DNA from: Chloroflexota bacterium | GTDB taxonomy: Bacteria; Chloroflexota; Dehalococcoidia; JACVQG01 | NCBI GenBank assembly: GCA_016210545.1 | Contig: JACQTY010000032.1 | Location: forward strand, 1-53,212 | DNA length: 53,212 nt | Direction: 5' to 3' | Shown here: one piece after another, positions 9,976 to 18,280 of the stretch | How the letters are laid out: the number at the start of each line of letters is the position of its first letter | Position numbering within the stretch: position 1 is the first letter of the stretch | Notes under the pieces: model-generated | The model's input: the letters and a program-made list of their open reading frames with translations, nothing else | Databases searched by the model: none | Told to the model about the DNA's origin: nothing | Program-made: the position numbers and the translations under genes

Positions 9976-10004
9976 TTGACAGCATTTCCAAACAGCATTA
10001 CTAT
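9976..10004 (+). promoter_or_regulatory. sigma70-type promoter of vapBC (TTGACA-17-TACTAT) overlapped by an 8-bp inverted repeat
   Basis: TTGACA 9976-9981, 17-nt spacer, TACTAT 9999-10004. Inverted repeat AGCATTAC-N11-GTAATGCT at 9994-10020 overlaps the -10 box. Confidence 0.6.
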
Positions 10005-10044
10005 TACGGTAGGTAATGCTTATTGTTGAGGTAAGGTGATACGC

Positions 10045-10299
10045 ATGGGGACCACAGCAGTTAAGATCACGCGGAAGGGACAGGTAACGATTCCGAGGGA
10101 AATTCGGGAAGAACTGAATGCCAACGCCGTCTATTTTGAAGTGGCGAACGGGATCGTCATGGTAAAGCCGGTGCGCGACGCTGCCGGCTCTCTGAAGGAA
10201 TACGCCAGGACCGTCAAGCCGGGCATCTCCATGAAGCGGATGAAAGACAGGGCGTGGGAGGAGGCGGTTCGTGAAAAAAGAGGCAAGAAGTCTTCCTGA
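10045..10299 (+). CDS. vapB: AbrB/SpoVT-family antitoxin (VapB-like)
   Basis: Motif VKITRKGQVTIPREIREEL (SpoVT-AbrB swapped hairpin). Track start is GTG 10036; ATG 10045 has better spacing to AAGGTG. Confidence 0.75.
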   Translation: MGTTAVKITRKGQVTIPREIREELNANAVYFEVANGIVMVKPVRDAAGSLKEYARTVKPGISMKRMKDRAWEEAVREKRGKKSS

Positions 10300-10684
10300 C
10301 ACCAACACCATCGTCCGGTACCTTGTCAGCGACGATCCTGCCCTCTACGCGAGGGCCAAGGAATTCTTCGATAAGGTGAAAGAGGGCGGCGCCAGGGCGG
10401 TCATTCTGGAAAGCGTAATTGCCGAATGCGTCTACGTCCTGACGAAGATATATCGTGTCCCGAGGGACCGGGCCGCAGGGAGCCTCATCGATATTCTTCG
10501 CTACAAAGGGATTGCCAACGACGACCGGCAGGAGCTTATCCGGGCGTTGTCCCTGTTCGCGGAACAAGGTCTCGACATCGTTGATTGCATTCTATGCGCC
10601 AAGGCTGCGGCCGAAGGAAGTCACCTGTTCACCTTCGATGCCGGACTGAATAAGATGAATGAAAGACTAAGAATCGGGGATTAG
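10271..10684 (+). CDS. vapC: PIN-domain ribonuclease toxin (VapC-like)
   Basis: 137 aa. N-terminal acidic motif LPDTNTIVRYL and later acidic residues (E..V, DIVD). Overlaps the antitoxin gene by 29 nt. Confidence 0.75.
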   Translation: MKKEARSLPDTNTIVRYLVSDDPALYARAKEFFDKVKEGGARAVILESVIAECVYVLTKIYRVPRDRAAGSLIDILRYKGIANDDRQELIRALSLFAEQGLDIVDCILCAKAAAEGSHLFTFDAGLNKMNERLRIGD

Positions 10685-10876
10685 GAGGGGGACACACTCC
10701 GTCAATATGGTCAGTCAGTGACCATCAGTCTGGGGCCCTGATTAGGCCGGAGCGAAACCCACCACCGCCCGCAATTCCACATACAAGATACCCCACCCCG
10801 ATGTAACGGGGCGGGGTACTCTTTCGTTCAGCGAGAGGGCACGGTCCCGATGAATCGGGATGCCCCAACCGCATCG

Positions 10877-11662
10877 TTATTTCCCCTTGAAGATCGGCTT
10901 CCTCTTCTCCAGGAAAGCTTTTATCCCTTCCTTCATGTCCTCGGTCAGGAAGAGCATCGACTGTGCCCGGGTCTCCGCTTCCAGGGCAGATCCCAGGCTC
11001 ATGTTCATTGCCTGGTATACCGATGTCTTGGTGAAGGCGACGGCCAGCGGCGGGGCGTCGGCTAGCTTGCGGGCCAGTTCCTGGGCCGTCGCTTCTAGCT
11101 TATCGGCTGGCACGACCTTGGTCACAATCCCCAGCCTCTCCGCCTCTTTGGCGTCGAAGAGCCGGCCGGTCAGCATCAGCTCCATCGCCTTGCCCACACC
11201 GATGAGTTGGGGAAGCAGATAAGTGCCCCCGTAGTCCGGCTGCAGGCCGATATTCACGAAGACCTCGCCGAAGCGGGCCGTCTCCGAGGCGATGATGATG
11301 TCGCAGGCCAGCACCATGTTCATGGCGCCGCCCACCGCCGGCCCATTCACGGCCGCGACAACGGCCTTGGGCATGTTGCGGATGGCCAGGACGGTGCGGC
11401 TCACCGGGCCGAAGAATTCCTTGATGTCGGCCGGGTTTGTCATGGAGAAAATCGGCGAGTCCAGCTCGGCCCCCGCCGAGAACGCCCGGCCGTTCCCGGT
11501 GAGCACCACGGCGCGCACCGACTTGTCCGCCCCGACCTCCTCCAGGGCATCGGGGATCTCGTTGATCAGTTTGGGGCTTAATGCGTTCAGTTTGTCGGGG
11601 CGGTTCAGAGTGATGGTGGCTACGCCGGCTTCCCTTTTCAGTATGAGTGCTTCGTAAGCCAT
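10877..11662 (-). CDS. enoyl-CoA hydratase/isomerase (crotonase superfamily)
   Basis: 261 aa. RPDKLNAL, GRAFSAGAEL, VAAVNGPAVGGAMNMVLACD. Strong SD AAAGGAG. Confidence 0.85.
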   Translation of the reverse strand: MAYEALILKREAGVATITLNRPDKLNALSPKLINEIPDALEEVGADKSVRAVVLTGNGRAFSAGAELDSPIFSMTNPADIKEFFGPVSRTVLAIRNMPKAVVAAVNGPAVGGAMNMVLACDIIIASETARFGEVFVNIGLQPDYGGTYLLPQLIGVGKAMELMLTGRLFDAKEAERLGIVTKVVPADKLEATAQELARKLADAPPLAVAFTKTSVYQAMNMSLGSALEAETRAQSMLFLTEDMKEGIKAFLEKRKPIFKGK

Positions 11663-11862
11663 ATGACTCCTTTCGGACTAAATTCCAAATTCCAAGCCTT
11701 GTCCCCGCGAACGCGGGGAGCCAAATCCCAAACCGAACATGAGGTCGAAAGGCCGAACCGGAGAGGTCCGAGGCAACCCCCAGACCCCCGTCGGGAAGTC
11801 TCCTGAACCTCTCTTGCGGCGGTTTCCGTCAGTTTAGCGTTTCGAATTTCGTGCTTGGGATC

Positions 11863-13791
11863 TCACCTTGTTGCTGCCTTTTCCAGCGCCGCCTTCACCG
11901 TAGGGAACTGGTCGATGTCCGTATGGGGCAGGAACATGGCCGCCATAAGCTCGTTCATGAAGCTGTTGTCGGCGATAAGCTCCAGGTACGTCATCTTCCC
12001 CGCCATCTCGTCTGCCTTTTCCCGGGCGTATTTGGACAGCAGCACATTGTAAGCGCCCCATAGCGAAGTGTTGCCCAGAAACTTGAACCGGTCCCAGGGC
12101 AGGTCGGGGAGCAGGCCTATCTGGATGGCCTCCTCGATGTCGATGTGCTGCCCGAAAGCCCCGCCGATAAGGACCTCTTCAATGTCGGACAGGTTTATGC
12201 CCAGGTTGCGGGCCATGACGGCCATCCCGGCGTAGATAGCTGCCTTGGTCCGGATAAGATTATTAATGTCCACCTCGGTGAGGACTATGTCCTGCCCGTT
12301 GCCGGACTCGGCGGCCCAGGCCAGCACGTATTCCGCGCCGTGGTCGCCCTTGCGTACGCGGGAGCGATCGCCCATGACCTCTTGGACGTAAGAGGTCTTC
12401 ATGTGGCCGGAGCGGTCGATAACCCCGGTGACCAGCATTTCGGCCAGGGCTGTGATCATGCCCGAGCCACAGATGCCCAGGGGCGGTACATCGCCGATGG
12501 TATGCAGGGATGGACCCAGGGTCTTGTTGCTGATCCTGACTTCCTCGATGGCCCCTGTGGTAGCCCGCATGCCGTGGCGCACTCCCGCGCCCTCGAAGGC
12601 GGGGCCGGCGCTGCAGGCGCAGGTGGTCATCCAGTCCTTGTTCCCCAGGACTATCTCGCCGTTGGTGCCCACGTCCAGGAACAGCGTCAGCCTGTCGGTA
12701 TTGAACAGGCAGGCTGCCAGGACGCCCGCGGTTATGTCGCCGCCCACGTAGGCGGCCACCGCCGGCAGGTTGTAGATGGACGCCAGGGGGTTTATGTCTA
12801 CGCCCAACTGGGCGGCGGTCAACACCGGGAATTGGTTGGCGGTGGGCACGTAAGGCTCTTCCCGGATGGACTTGGGCGGCATGCCGAGGAAGAGGTGCGT
12901 CATGGTGGTATTCGACGCCACCACCATCTGGTACACCTGTCTGGTATCGAAGCTGTGCTTCTGAGAAAGCTCTTTTACGAGATTATTGATGGCGTCTACC
13001 ACCAGGTGTTGCAGCTCTCCGAGGCCCCCCTTCTCGCTGTAGACGATGCGGGAGATGACATCCTCGCCGCGAGCGATCTGCCGGTTGCGCTCCGAGACCC
13101 GCTCAATGGCCCGTCCCGACCGGAGGTCCACCAGGTCCATGACCACATTCGTGGTACCGATGTCCAGGGCGATGGCCAGCAGCGGCCCCTTCGGCTTGCC
13201 CGGCTGAATATCGATGAGGCGGGCCTCCCCCAGTCGGCTGTCGGCGTCCAGGGTCAGCGTTACCTTCCAAGCCGACTGGCGGAGGGTAGAGGCCAGACGT
13301 TGGAGCACAGGCAGCTCAACGTAAAGCTGCTCAATGCTGTGCTCCTGCGACAGCACCCTCTGAAGCCTGTCAACGTCGGTGAAGGCGTCCTCCAGGGTGG
13401 GGGGCGTCAGTTCTACATATATCTGGCGGACCGCGGGATAGCGGGGCCATTCGTACTTGAGGGCAGTGGCGGTGCGGGTCCCTGCCCGCTCCTCGACCAC
13501 CTTCTCCCGCTCCTTGCGCGGCGGGACATTCAGGCTGAGGTCTCCGGCTACTCTGGCCACGCAGGCCAGCACCCAGCCTTCCTGAAGCTGTTTTGCCGAA
13601 AGGTGAGGGTTCTCGCGGTGGCTGACCTCGCCGCTCTCCACCCTCACCAGGCAGCGGCCGCACCGGCCCTGGCCGCCGCAAGGGGTATCGATAAGAAGAC
13701 CAGCCTTGGCGGCGGCGTCCAAAAGGAGCGTACCGGCGGGCGCCTCAATTGATTTGCCGCTGGGTTGAAAGGTTATCTTTGGCACTGGCAC
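11863..13791 (-). CDS. acsV: corrinoid activation/regeneration protein (RACo/AcsV type: 2Fe-2S ferredoxin + ASKHA ATPase)
   Basis: 642 aa. N-terminal plant-type ferredoxin motif CGGQGRCGRC. Large C-terminal actin-like ATPase region (DIGTTN.., DVGTNGE). Genomic context with acsCDE. Confidence 0.8.
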   Translation of the reverse strand: MPVPKITFQPSGKSIEAPAGTLLLDAAAKAGLLIDTPCGGQGRCGRCLVRVESGEVSHRENPHLSAKQLQEGWVLACVARVAGDLSLNVPPRKEREKVVEERAGTRTATALKYEWPRYPAVRQIYVELTPPTLEDAFTDVDRLQRVLSQEHSIEQLYVELPVLQRLASTLRQSAWKVTLTLDADSRLGEARLIDIQPGKPKGPLLAIALDIGTTNVVMDLVDLRSGRAIERVSERNRQIARGEDVISRIVYSEKGGLGELQHLVVDAINNLVKELSQKHSFDTRQVYQMVVASNTTMTHLFLGMPPKSIREEPYVPTANQFPVLTAAQLGVDINPLASIYNLPAVAAYVGGDITAGVLAACLFNTDRLTLFLDVGTNGEIVLGNKDWMTTCACSAGPAFEGAGVRHGMRATTGAIEEVRISNKTLGPSLHTIGDVPPLGICGSGMITALAEMLVTGVIDRSGHMKTSYVQEVMGDRSRVRKGDHGAEYVLAWAAESGNGQDIVLTEVDINNLIRTKAAIYAGMAVMARNLGINLSDIEEVLIGGAFGQHIDIEEAIQIGLLPDLPWDRFKFLGNTSLWGAYNVLLSKYAREKADEMAGKMTYLELIADNSFMNELMAAMFLPHTDIDQFPTVKAALEKAATR

Positions 13792-14435
13792 CTCGGAAGG
13801 GTAGATCCCTCTTTGTCCCCCTTATTAAGGGGGATACAGGGGGATTAGGGCGTTACGTTCCTCGCAAGGACAAGCACCTGTGAAGCGCAGGAGTTATCCC
13901 TAGACGACTCGCGAACAAAGTCCATTTTATCACACTTGGAGTCGGAGGCGTATAGGTCCGGGCTGCATCGGAAGAGATGACGGCCCCTCCGGTACCTGTG
14001 TGGGGAGATACGGCAGAGGACCACAATTGGTTTTTGAGCAACTGCGAGGGGCTATTGACAACGGTGGGAGGTATGCTATTGTGGCTGTGCCGGCCGCAAC
14101 TGCACCATCTTGACTTTTGTACACTGGGCCTGCGAGACCCCGCCTTCTCACCTGGTATCGCAACCTGATATAATAGTGCCGCAATTGACAACAGGACGTA
14201 GGGTCGATGGCCTTGGACAACCAGGTTCGCTAGACCGTCAGGCAAGCGGATTCCAGTCATTAACCTATGAGTACGAGGCATAAAAAGAGAAGAGCATCGG
14301 AACGCAGACTTGCCAAGGCCAGCAAGCGCACCCCAATCACAATCTGGACAATAATCATCACTCCTTTGGTGGCTCTGGCCGTGGGGATAGCCAGAGAGAT
14401 AGCCCAGGCATGATAACAGTGGGAGGTGTCGACAA

Positions 14436-15113
14436 GTGACAGGGCCTATGTCAAAGGGAAAGTGTAGTTTTTGCAATGCCACTTTTAGTAAGGCGGCAAT
14501 GACCAGGCATCTGAAGTCATGCAAGCAAAGAAAAACTGCGTCAGAGAAATCAGCGCAGAATCAGAATTTACAGAAAGCTAAAAGTTTTCATCTTGTGGCT
14601 GAGGGACGCTACTTACGTGAATACTGGATGCATCTGATGGTACCATCTGCTGCAACGCTTGAGGACCTCGACAATTTTCTCAGAGGTATGTGGCTAGAAT
14701 GTTGTGGACACTTAAGTGCATTCACAATCGAAGAGAGAACGTACTCCATAAGTCCCATGAGAGAGTATAACGAAAGGAGTATGGCGGTTGCACTTGGTCG
14801 TATTCTCAGGCCCGGAATGAAAGTTTATCATGAGTACGACTTCGGCACGACTACAGAGCTCGTCCTGCGAGTTATGTCAGAACTGGGAAGTGGATCTAGA
14901 GGTAAATCTATTCAGCTTATGGCCAGGAATGAGCCGCCACTGATAGTCTGTGAATCGTGTGGCAAAGTTGCTACACAAGTATGCACTGAATGTATCTCAT
15001 CGGGCGAAGGATGGCTTTGTGATGAGTGCGCTCTGGAGCATGAGTGTGGCGAAGAGATGCTTTTGCCGGTAGTTAACTCCCCACGCGTTGGGATGTGTGC
15101 ATATGGCGGATAG
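14436..15113 (+). CDS. zinc-ribbon protein with pRiA4b ORF-3-like core (function unknown)
   Basis: 225 aa in a low-GC stretch. N-terminal CSFC..H..C. Central L.DLDNFLRGMWLECCGHLSAF resembles the PRiA4_ORF3 family. C-terminal Cys-rich CESCG..CTEC..CDEC. GTG start 7 nt after GGGAGGTG. Confidence 0.45.
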   Translation: MTGPMSKGKCSFCNATFSKAAMTRHLKSCKQRKTASEKSAQNQNLQKAKSFHLVAEGRYLREYWMHLMVPSAATLEDLDNFLRGMWLECCGHLSAFTIEERTYSISPMREYNERSMAVALGRILRPGMKVYHEYDFGTTTELVLRVMSELGSGSRGKSIQLMARNEPPLIVCESCGKVATQVCTECISSGEGWLCDECALEHECGEEMLLPVVNSPRVGMCAYGG

Positions 15114-15295
15114 CAACATAATTCATGCCGAACGCTGAAGAACGCAGTGTATATACTTCGGGCTGCCCTTAACGCCATTACACCCCGGGACAGTGCTCCC
15201 TTCGGTCGCATCGTCTTTATTGCTTGGAACGTCCTATTATGTGGAAAAGCTACACGTTTGCCCCGACTGTGCAATGAACAGGCGGGGAGCGTGGT

Positions 15296-15532
15296 TGGAC
15301 AGGCTGTTCGGGCGTGAGTGGGAACGGCCGGAGCGGCTTGGGCCTTATCGAAAGCTTGCTTGCGCATGCCCGGGTCCCTCAGGATTTTCTATATGGTAGC
15401 GGGTCTGAGGTCCTGAGGCGTCCGGAGGAATACACCGGGCCGCTGGCTCGCCAGGACTGTCGTGTGTTGACCCGCCGTTCGGACTGGGGTACTATCAATC
15501 TGCGGAGTGAACGATGGACAAGCTACTTATTG
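15296..15532 (+). repeat. direct repeat P1 (promoter/leader plus first 7 codons of the Phd-like antitoxin), copy 1
   Basis: Aligns base-for-base with 16060-16288 (roughly 85% identical by eye). The antitoxin reading frame here stops after 9 codons (15514-15543). Confidence 0.85.
15467..15495 (+). promoter_or_regulatory. sigma70-type promoter TTGACC-17-TACTAT (copy in P1)
   Basis: TTGACC 15467-15472, 17-nt spacer, TACTAT 15490-15495, followed by a GGAG SD and ATG 15514. Confidence 0.55.
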
Positions 15533-15559
15533 GATACCGTTGAGGTTGAGGCGTAGCCG

Positions 15560-15760
15560 TTGAATATCGAGATGGGACGCGAAGAGGATGGCCGGTGGAT
15601 AGCCGAAGTGCCTGATTTGGCAGGCGTCATGGTGTACGGAAAGAGCAAGAAAGAAGCTGTTTCCAAAGTCAAGGCTTTGGCCTTGCGTGTGATGGCTGAT
15701 CGGCTTGAACACGGGGAAGAAATCCCGGAACTCCGTGACATCTTCGCAGTAGAAGCATGA
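15560..15760 (+). CDS. hicB: HicB-family antitoxin (UPF0150 fold)
   Basis: 66 aa. EEDGRWIAEVPDLAGVMVYGKSKKEAVSKVKAL matches the HicB N-terminal domain pattern. Start is TTG 15560 or ATG 15572. Stop overlaps the hicA ATG (ATGA). Confidence 0.75.
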   Translation: MNIEMGREEDGRWIAEVPDLAGVMVYGKSKKEAVSKVKALALRVMADRLEHGEEIPELRDIFAVEA

Positions 15761-15971
15761 GCCAATGGCCGTCAACCAAAGCACGATTAGTTCTGGCTGC
15801 CTTGCTACGGATTGGCTGGATGGTCAGCGTCAATCTGGCACATCGCACCGAGTCTTATCCTGTCCCGGGCGGCCAGATTTCATTTTCGCGTTTCATGATA
15901 GAGAAGAAATAGGCCCTCAGATGCTGGCCCGTATTGCTAAGCGTACAGGGCTAACACCGGATGATCTATGA
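15757..15971 (+). pseudogene. hicA: HicA-family mRNA interferase toxin, frameshifted
   Basis: The N-terminus MSQWPSTKARLVLAALLRIGWMV is in the frame of ATG 15757. The C-terminus QSGTSHRVLSCPGRPDFIFAFHDREEIGPQMLARIAKRTGLTPDDL is in the track ORF frame (15765..15971). The frames switch near 15820-15830. Confidence 0.75.
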
Positions 15972-16001
15972 TTGGGGGCCTAAAGACAAATTCTCCCAAC
16001 T

Positions 16002-16059
16002 CCCCTTAGTAAGGGGGGCAGGGGGATTCCGGTACGGCAGTTCTTCCCCTTCTGCTCAC
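16002..16059 (+). repeat. repeat X1: degenerate copy of the REP hairpin plus acsC 3' end
   Basis: GGATTCCGGTACGGCAGTTCTTCCCCTTCTGCTCAC matches GGATTCCGTTACGTCAGTTCTTCCAGTTCTGCTTCA at 16664-16702. The latter contains the acsC stop and last codons. Confidence 0.75.
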
Positions 16060-16288
16060 TGGACGGGTTGTTCGGCGTAAGGGGGAACCGCCGGAGCGGT
16101 TTAGGCCTTATGGAAATCTTGCTTACGTACGCCCGGGTCTCTCAGGATTTTCGATATCGTACCGCGGGTCCTGAGGCGTCCGGAGGAATACACCGGGCCG
16201 CTGGCTCGCCAGCACCGTCGTGTTGACCTGCCATTCGGAATGGGGTACTATCAATCTGCGGAGTGAACGATGGACAAGCTGCTTATTG
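16060..16288 (+). repeat. direct repeat P2 (promoter/leader plus antitoxin start), copy 2
   Basis: See P1. Carries TTGACC 16223-16228, a 17-nt spacer and TACTAT 16246-16251, then a GGAG SD and ATG 16270. Confidence 0.85.
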
Positions 16289-16476
16289 ACAGCGTGCTTC
16301 ACCTCAAGCCAGCCGAACGTATGCGACTGCTGAAGCTCATCTACACCAGCCTTGAGCGGCCGGATACAACGATCGACAACATATGGTATGACGAAGCCGA
16401 GAGGCGGTTGGCTGCGTACAACGCGGGTAAAATCCAGGGCATTCCGGCTGATCAGGTGCTTGGCAAGCGCTCATGA
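16270..16476 (+). CDS. putative addiction-module antitoxin (Unstab_antitox / TIGR02574-like)
   Basis: 68 aa. LKPAERMRLL..L..SL ... WYDEAERRLAAYNAGK..GIPADQV is typical of this antitoxin family. ATGA overlap with the downstream toxin remnant. Confidence 0.7.
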   Translation: MDKLLIDSVLHLKPAERMRLLKLIYTSLERPDTTIDNIWYDEAERRLAAYNAGKIQGIPADQVLGKRS

Positions 16477-16631
16477 CCCTGGTCTTCGATCCTCTCGCTA
16501 AGAGGGAGTACGAGGATAGCTTCCAGTACTACGAAGGGGAGGGGGTTGGACGGGTTGTCCGCTCTAGCATGAGGAAAGGGCCTGCAGTAGGGGCAATTCA
16601 TGAATTGCCCCTACGGGCGGAGACGGGATGA
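16473..16631 (+). pseudogene. RelE/ParE-family toxin remnant (only about 25 N-terminal codons retained)
   Basis: MTLVFDPLAKREYEDSFQYYEGE matches the ParE/RelE N-terminus (F.P.A..E..ea..YYE). The frame then runs into REP hairpin sequence (GTAGGGGCAATTCATGAATTGCCCCTAC) and stops. Confidence 0.55.
16587..16614. repeat. representative GTAGGGGC...GCCCCTAC palindrome
   Basis: Perfect 28-nt palindrome GTAGGGGCAATTCATGAATTGCCCCTAC. Related elements are at 25447-25497, 25961-25984, 28092-28155 and 31694-31722. Confidence 0.8.
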
Positions 16632-16679
16632 ATCCCCCTACCCCCTTTACTAAAGGGGGCGAAGGAGGATTCCGTTACG

Positions 16680-18032
16680 TCAGTTCTTCCAGTTCTGCTT
16701 CAGGAAGCCGCCCACATCCACTGCCTCCCTGGGCCCGACCAGTATCTTCCAATCAGGCAGCTCTTCCTCCAGCTCGCCGCGGAGGACGGCCACGTGCCCG
16801 GGGATAACCACATTGCGGTGGCTGACGTTGTCGGCTATCTTGAAGTTCTTCACCGACTTGGCGATCTTTTCGGCGTCGAACTTGCCGGCGGCCCAGGCGG
16901 TGAGCACGGAGAGGCCCTCGGTATCGCAGACCACGAGCCAGGCGGCCCACCCCGCCGCTTCCAGCTCTCCGGCGATGGCGAAGTAGGTCAGCGAGAAGTT
17001 GGTGGTGATGCACACCGGACTTGTCGCCTTCGGCGTGCCTATCTGGACAATCTGCGGCGTCACCTGGATGGGCTTCTGCGGGTCGGTGTATATGTTCAGT
17101 CGCATGGTTAGCAGCGGGTATACCAGCGCCGGAGAGAAGTGGTCCAGGACTATGATGCCGGCATACTTGGCCACCTGTTGGGCAGCCAGCATGGCCTCGG
17201 TATCGAGGGAAGCAGCGGCCTCGCCGGGGAAGGTGATGACCGGGTAGCCCAGCGGGCGGAAGTTCTTCTTCAGGGCCAGGCGGCGGATCTGGGTCAGGGT
17301 GCTGAGCGAGGGGCCGAAGTCCCTGGCGCCGGGGTCCAGCACTATCTCTTCGATGCCTTTCTTGCTTACCTGATCCACCAGGGCGGTCAGGTCGTCCAGG
17401 GCGCCGTTGCTGGAGACAGCCAGCGGGCACTTGTTCTTGACGGCCAGATCGGCCATCTTTTCCCAGTTATCCTTGTTGGCGGCGTAGATGAGGGGCCTGC
17501 CCGGCGTCGCCTTGGCCAGGGCGGCCTCCATAGCCGCCGGGTCCTGCGAAATGAGCACCAGGGGCAGGTCGCTCTTGCTCTTGACCGCCTCCACCGCCTT
17601 GGCGAAGGTGGCGGCGTCCTTGGAGGTGTTCTCCACGGCGAACCCGTCCATGGTGAGGAACCTGCCTACTCTTTCCACCTTATACTCGGCTGCCGCCTGC
17701 ACCTGCTGCTGCAGGCTATCGGCGGGGGCGTTGTCCTTCACACGGAGGACGAGGCCCGGCGGATGGAAGAAGGTCTTCTCGTGACGGAACATCACCGTCT
17801 CGTTGCCCACCTCGAGCTTCTTGCTGTCCGAGCCGAGGGTGACCAGTTGAATCGGGGGACGCCCGGCAGCCTCCAGGGCAGCGCGGGACTCAGCCGAGAG
17901 GTCGGGGCAGGTGGTGATGTTCACGGTCTTCTGCGCCACCTTCATGGCGAAGGCCAGGCAGGTGGGGAAACCGCACTTTTTGCAGTTAGTCTTGGGCAGG
18001 AACTTGTAGATCTCTATTCCGGTAAGTGCCAT
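16680..18032 (-). CDS. acsC: corrinoid iron-sulfur protein large subunit (CFeSP gamma)
   Basis: 450 aa. N-terminus LTGIEIYKFLPKTNCKKCGFPTCLAFAM is the [4Fe-4S] motif of AcsC/CdhE. Confidence 0.9.
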   Translation of the reverse strand: MALTGIEIYKFLPKTNCKKCGFPTCLAFAMKVAQKTVNITTCPDLSAESRAALEAAGRPPIQLVTLGSDSKKLEVGNETVMFRHEKTFFHPPGLVLRVKDNAPADSLQQQVQAAAEYKVERVGRFLTMDGFAVENTSKDAATFAKAVEAVKSKSDLPLVLISQDPAAMEAALAKATPGRPLIYAANKDNWEKMADLAVKNKCPLAVSSNGALDDLTALVDQVSKKGIEEIVLDPGARDFGPSLSTLTQIRRLALKKNFRPLGYPVITFPGEAAASLDTEAMLAAQQVAKYAGIIVLDHFSPALVYPLLTMRLNIYTDPQKPIQVTPQIVQIGTPKATSPVCITTNFSLTYFAIAGELEAAGWAAWLVVCDTEGLSVLTAWAAGKFDAEKIAKSVKNFKIADNVSHRNVVIPGHVAVLRGELEEELPDWKILVGPREAVDVGGFLKQNWKN

Positions 18033-18280
18033 TGGAGCTATTAACCCCCTTTATGAAAGTGCTGCGAAACTCTTGGTCAACTAAATCCCCCAGCGTTAGA
18101 GGACTTAGGATCTGCCCCAGTAATAGTCATTAACAAGACAGATTGACAGAGCCATAGCCTCACCCCCTTGATCCCCCTCTCCGAAACTGAGAGGGGGAAA
18201 AGAGGTTATCTAGGGGACACCCCTAGAACCCCGCCAGACCCCGATGCATCGGGGTGGACTGCCTGCTTTCCGCAATCTAC

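Noticed and set aside
9756-10311. Minus-strand ORFs 9756..9998 and 9820..10311
   Set aside because: They run through the vapBC promoter and antisense to vapB, with no SD or motifs.
12145-13752. 535-aa plus-strand ORF
   Set aside because: Antisense to the RACo/AcsV gene, with no recognisable motifs. The same reasoning rejects 1053..2201, 3827..4753, 7897..8865, 17139..18044, 18254..19354, 35059..36240, 40094..40597 and 46249..47352.
13853-14524. 223-aa minus-strand ORF spanning the acsV-proximal intergenic region
   Set aside because: It has no SD and no motif, crosses REP sequence and the start of the plus-strand zinc-ribbon gene, and its Cys/Ser/Pro/Leu-rich sequence looks random.
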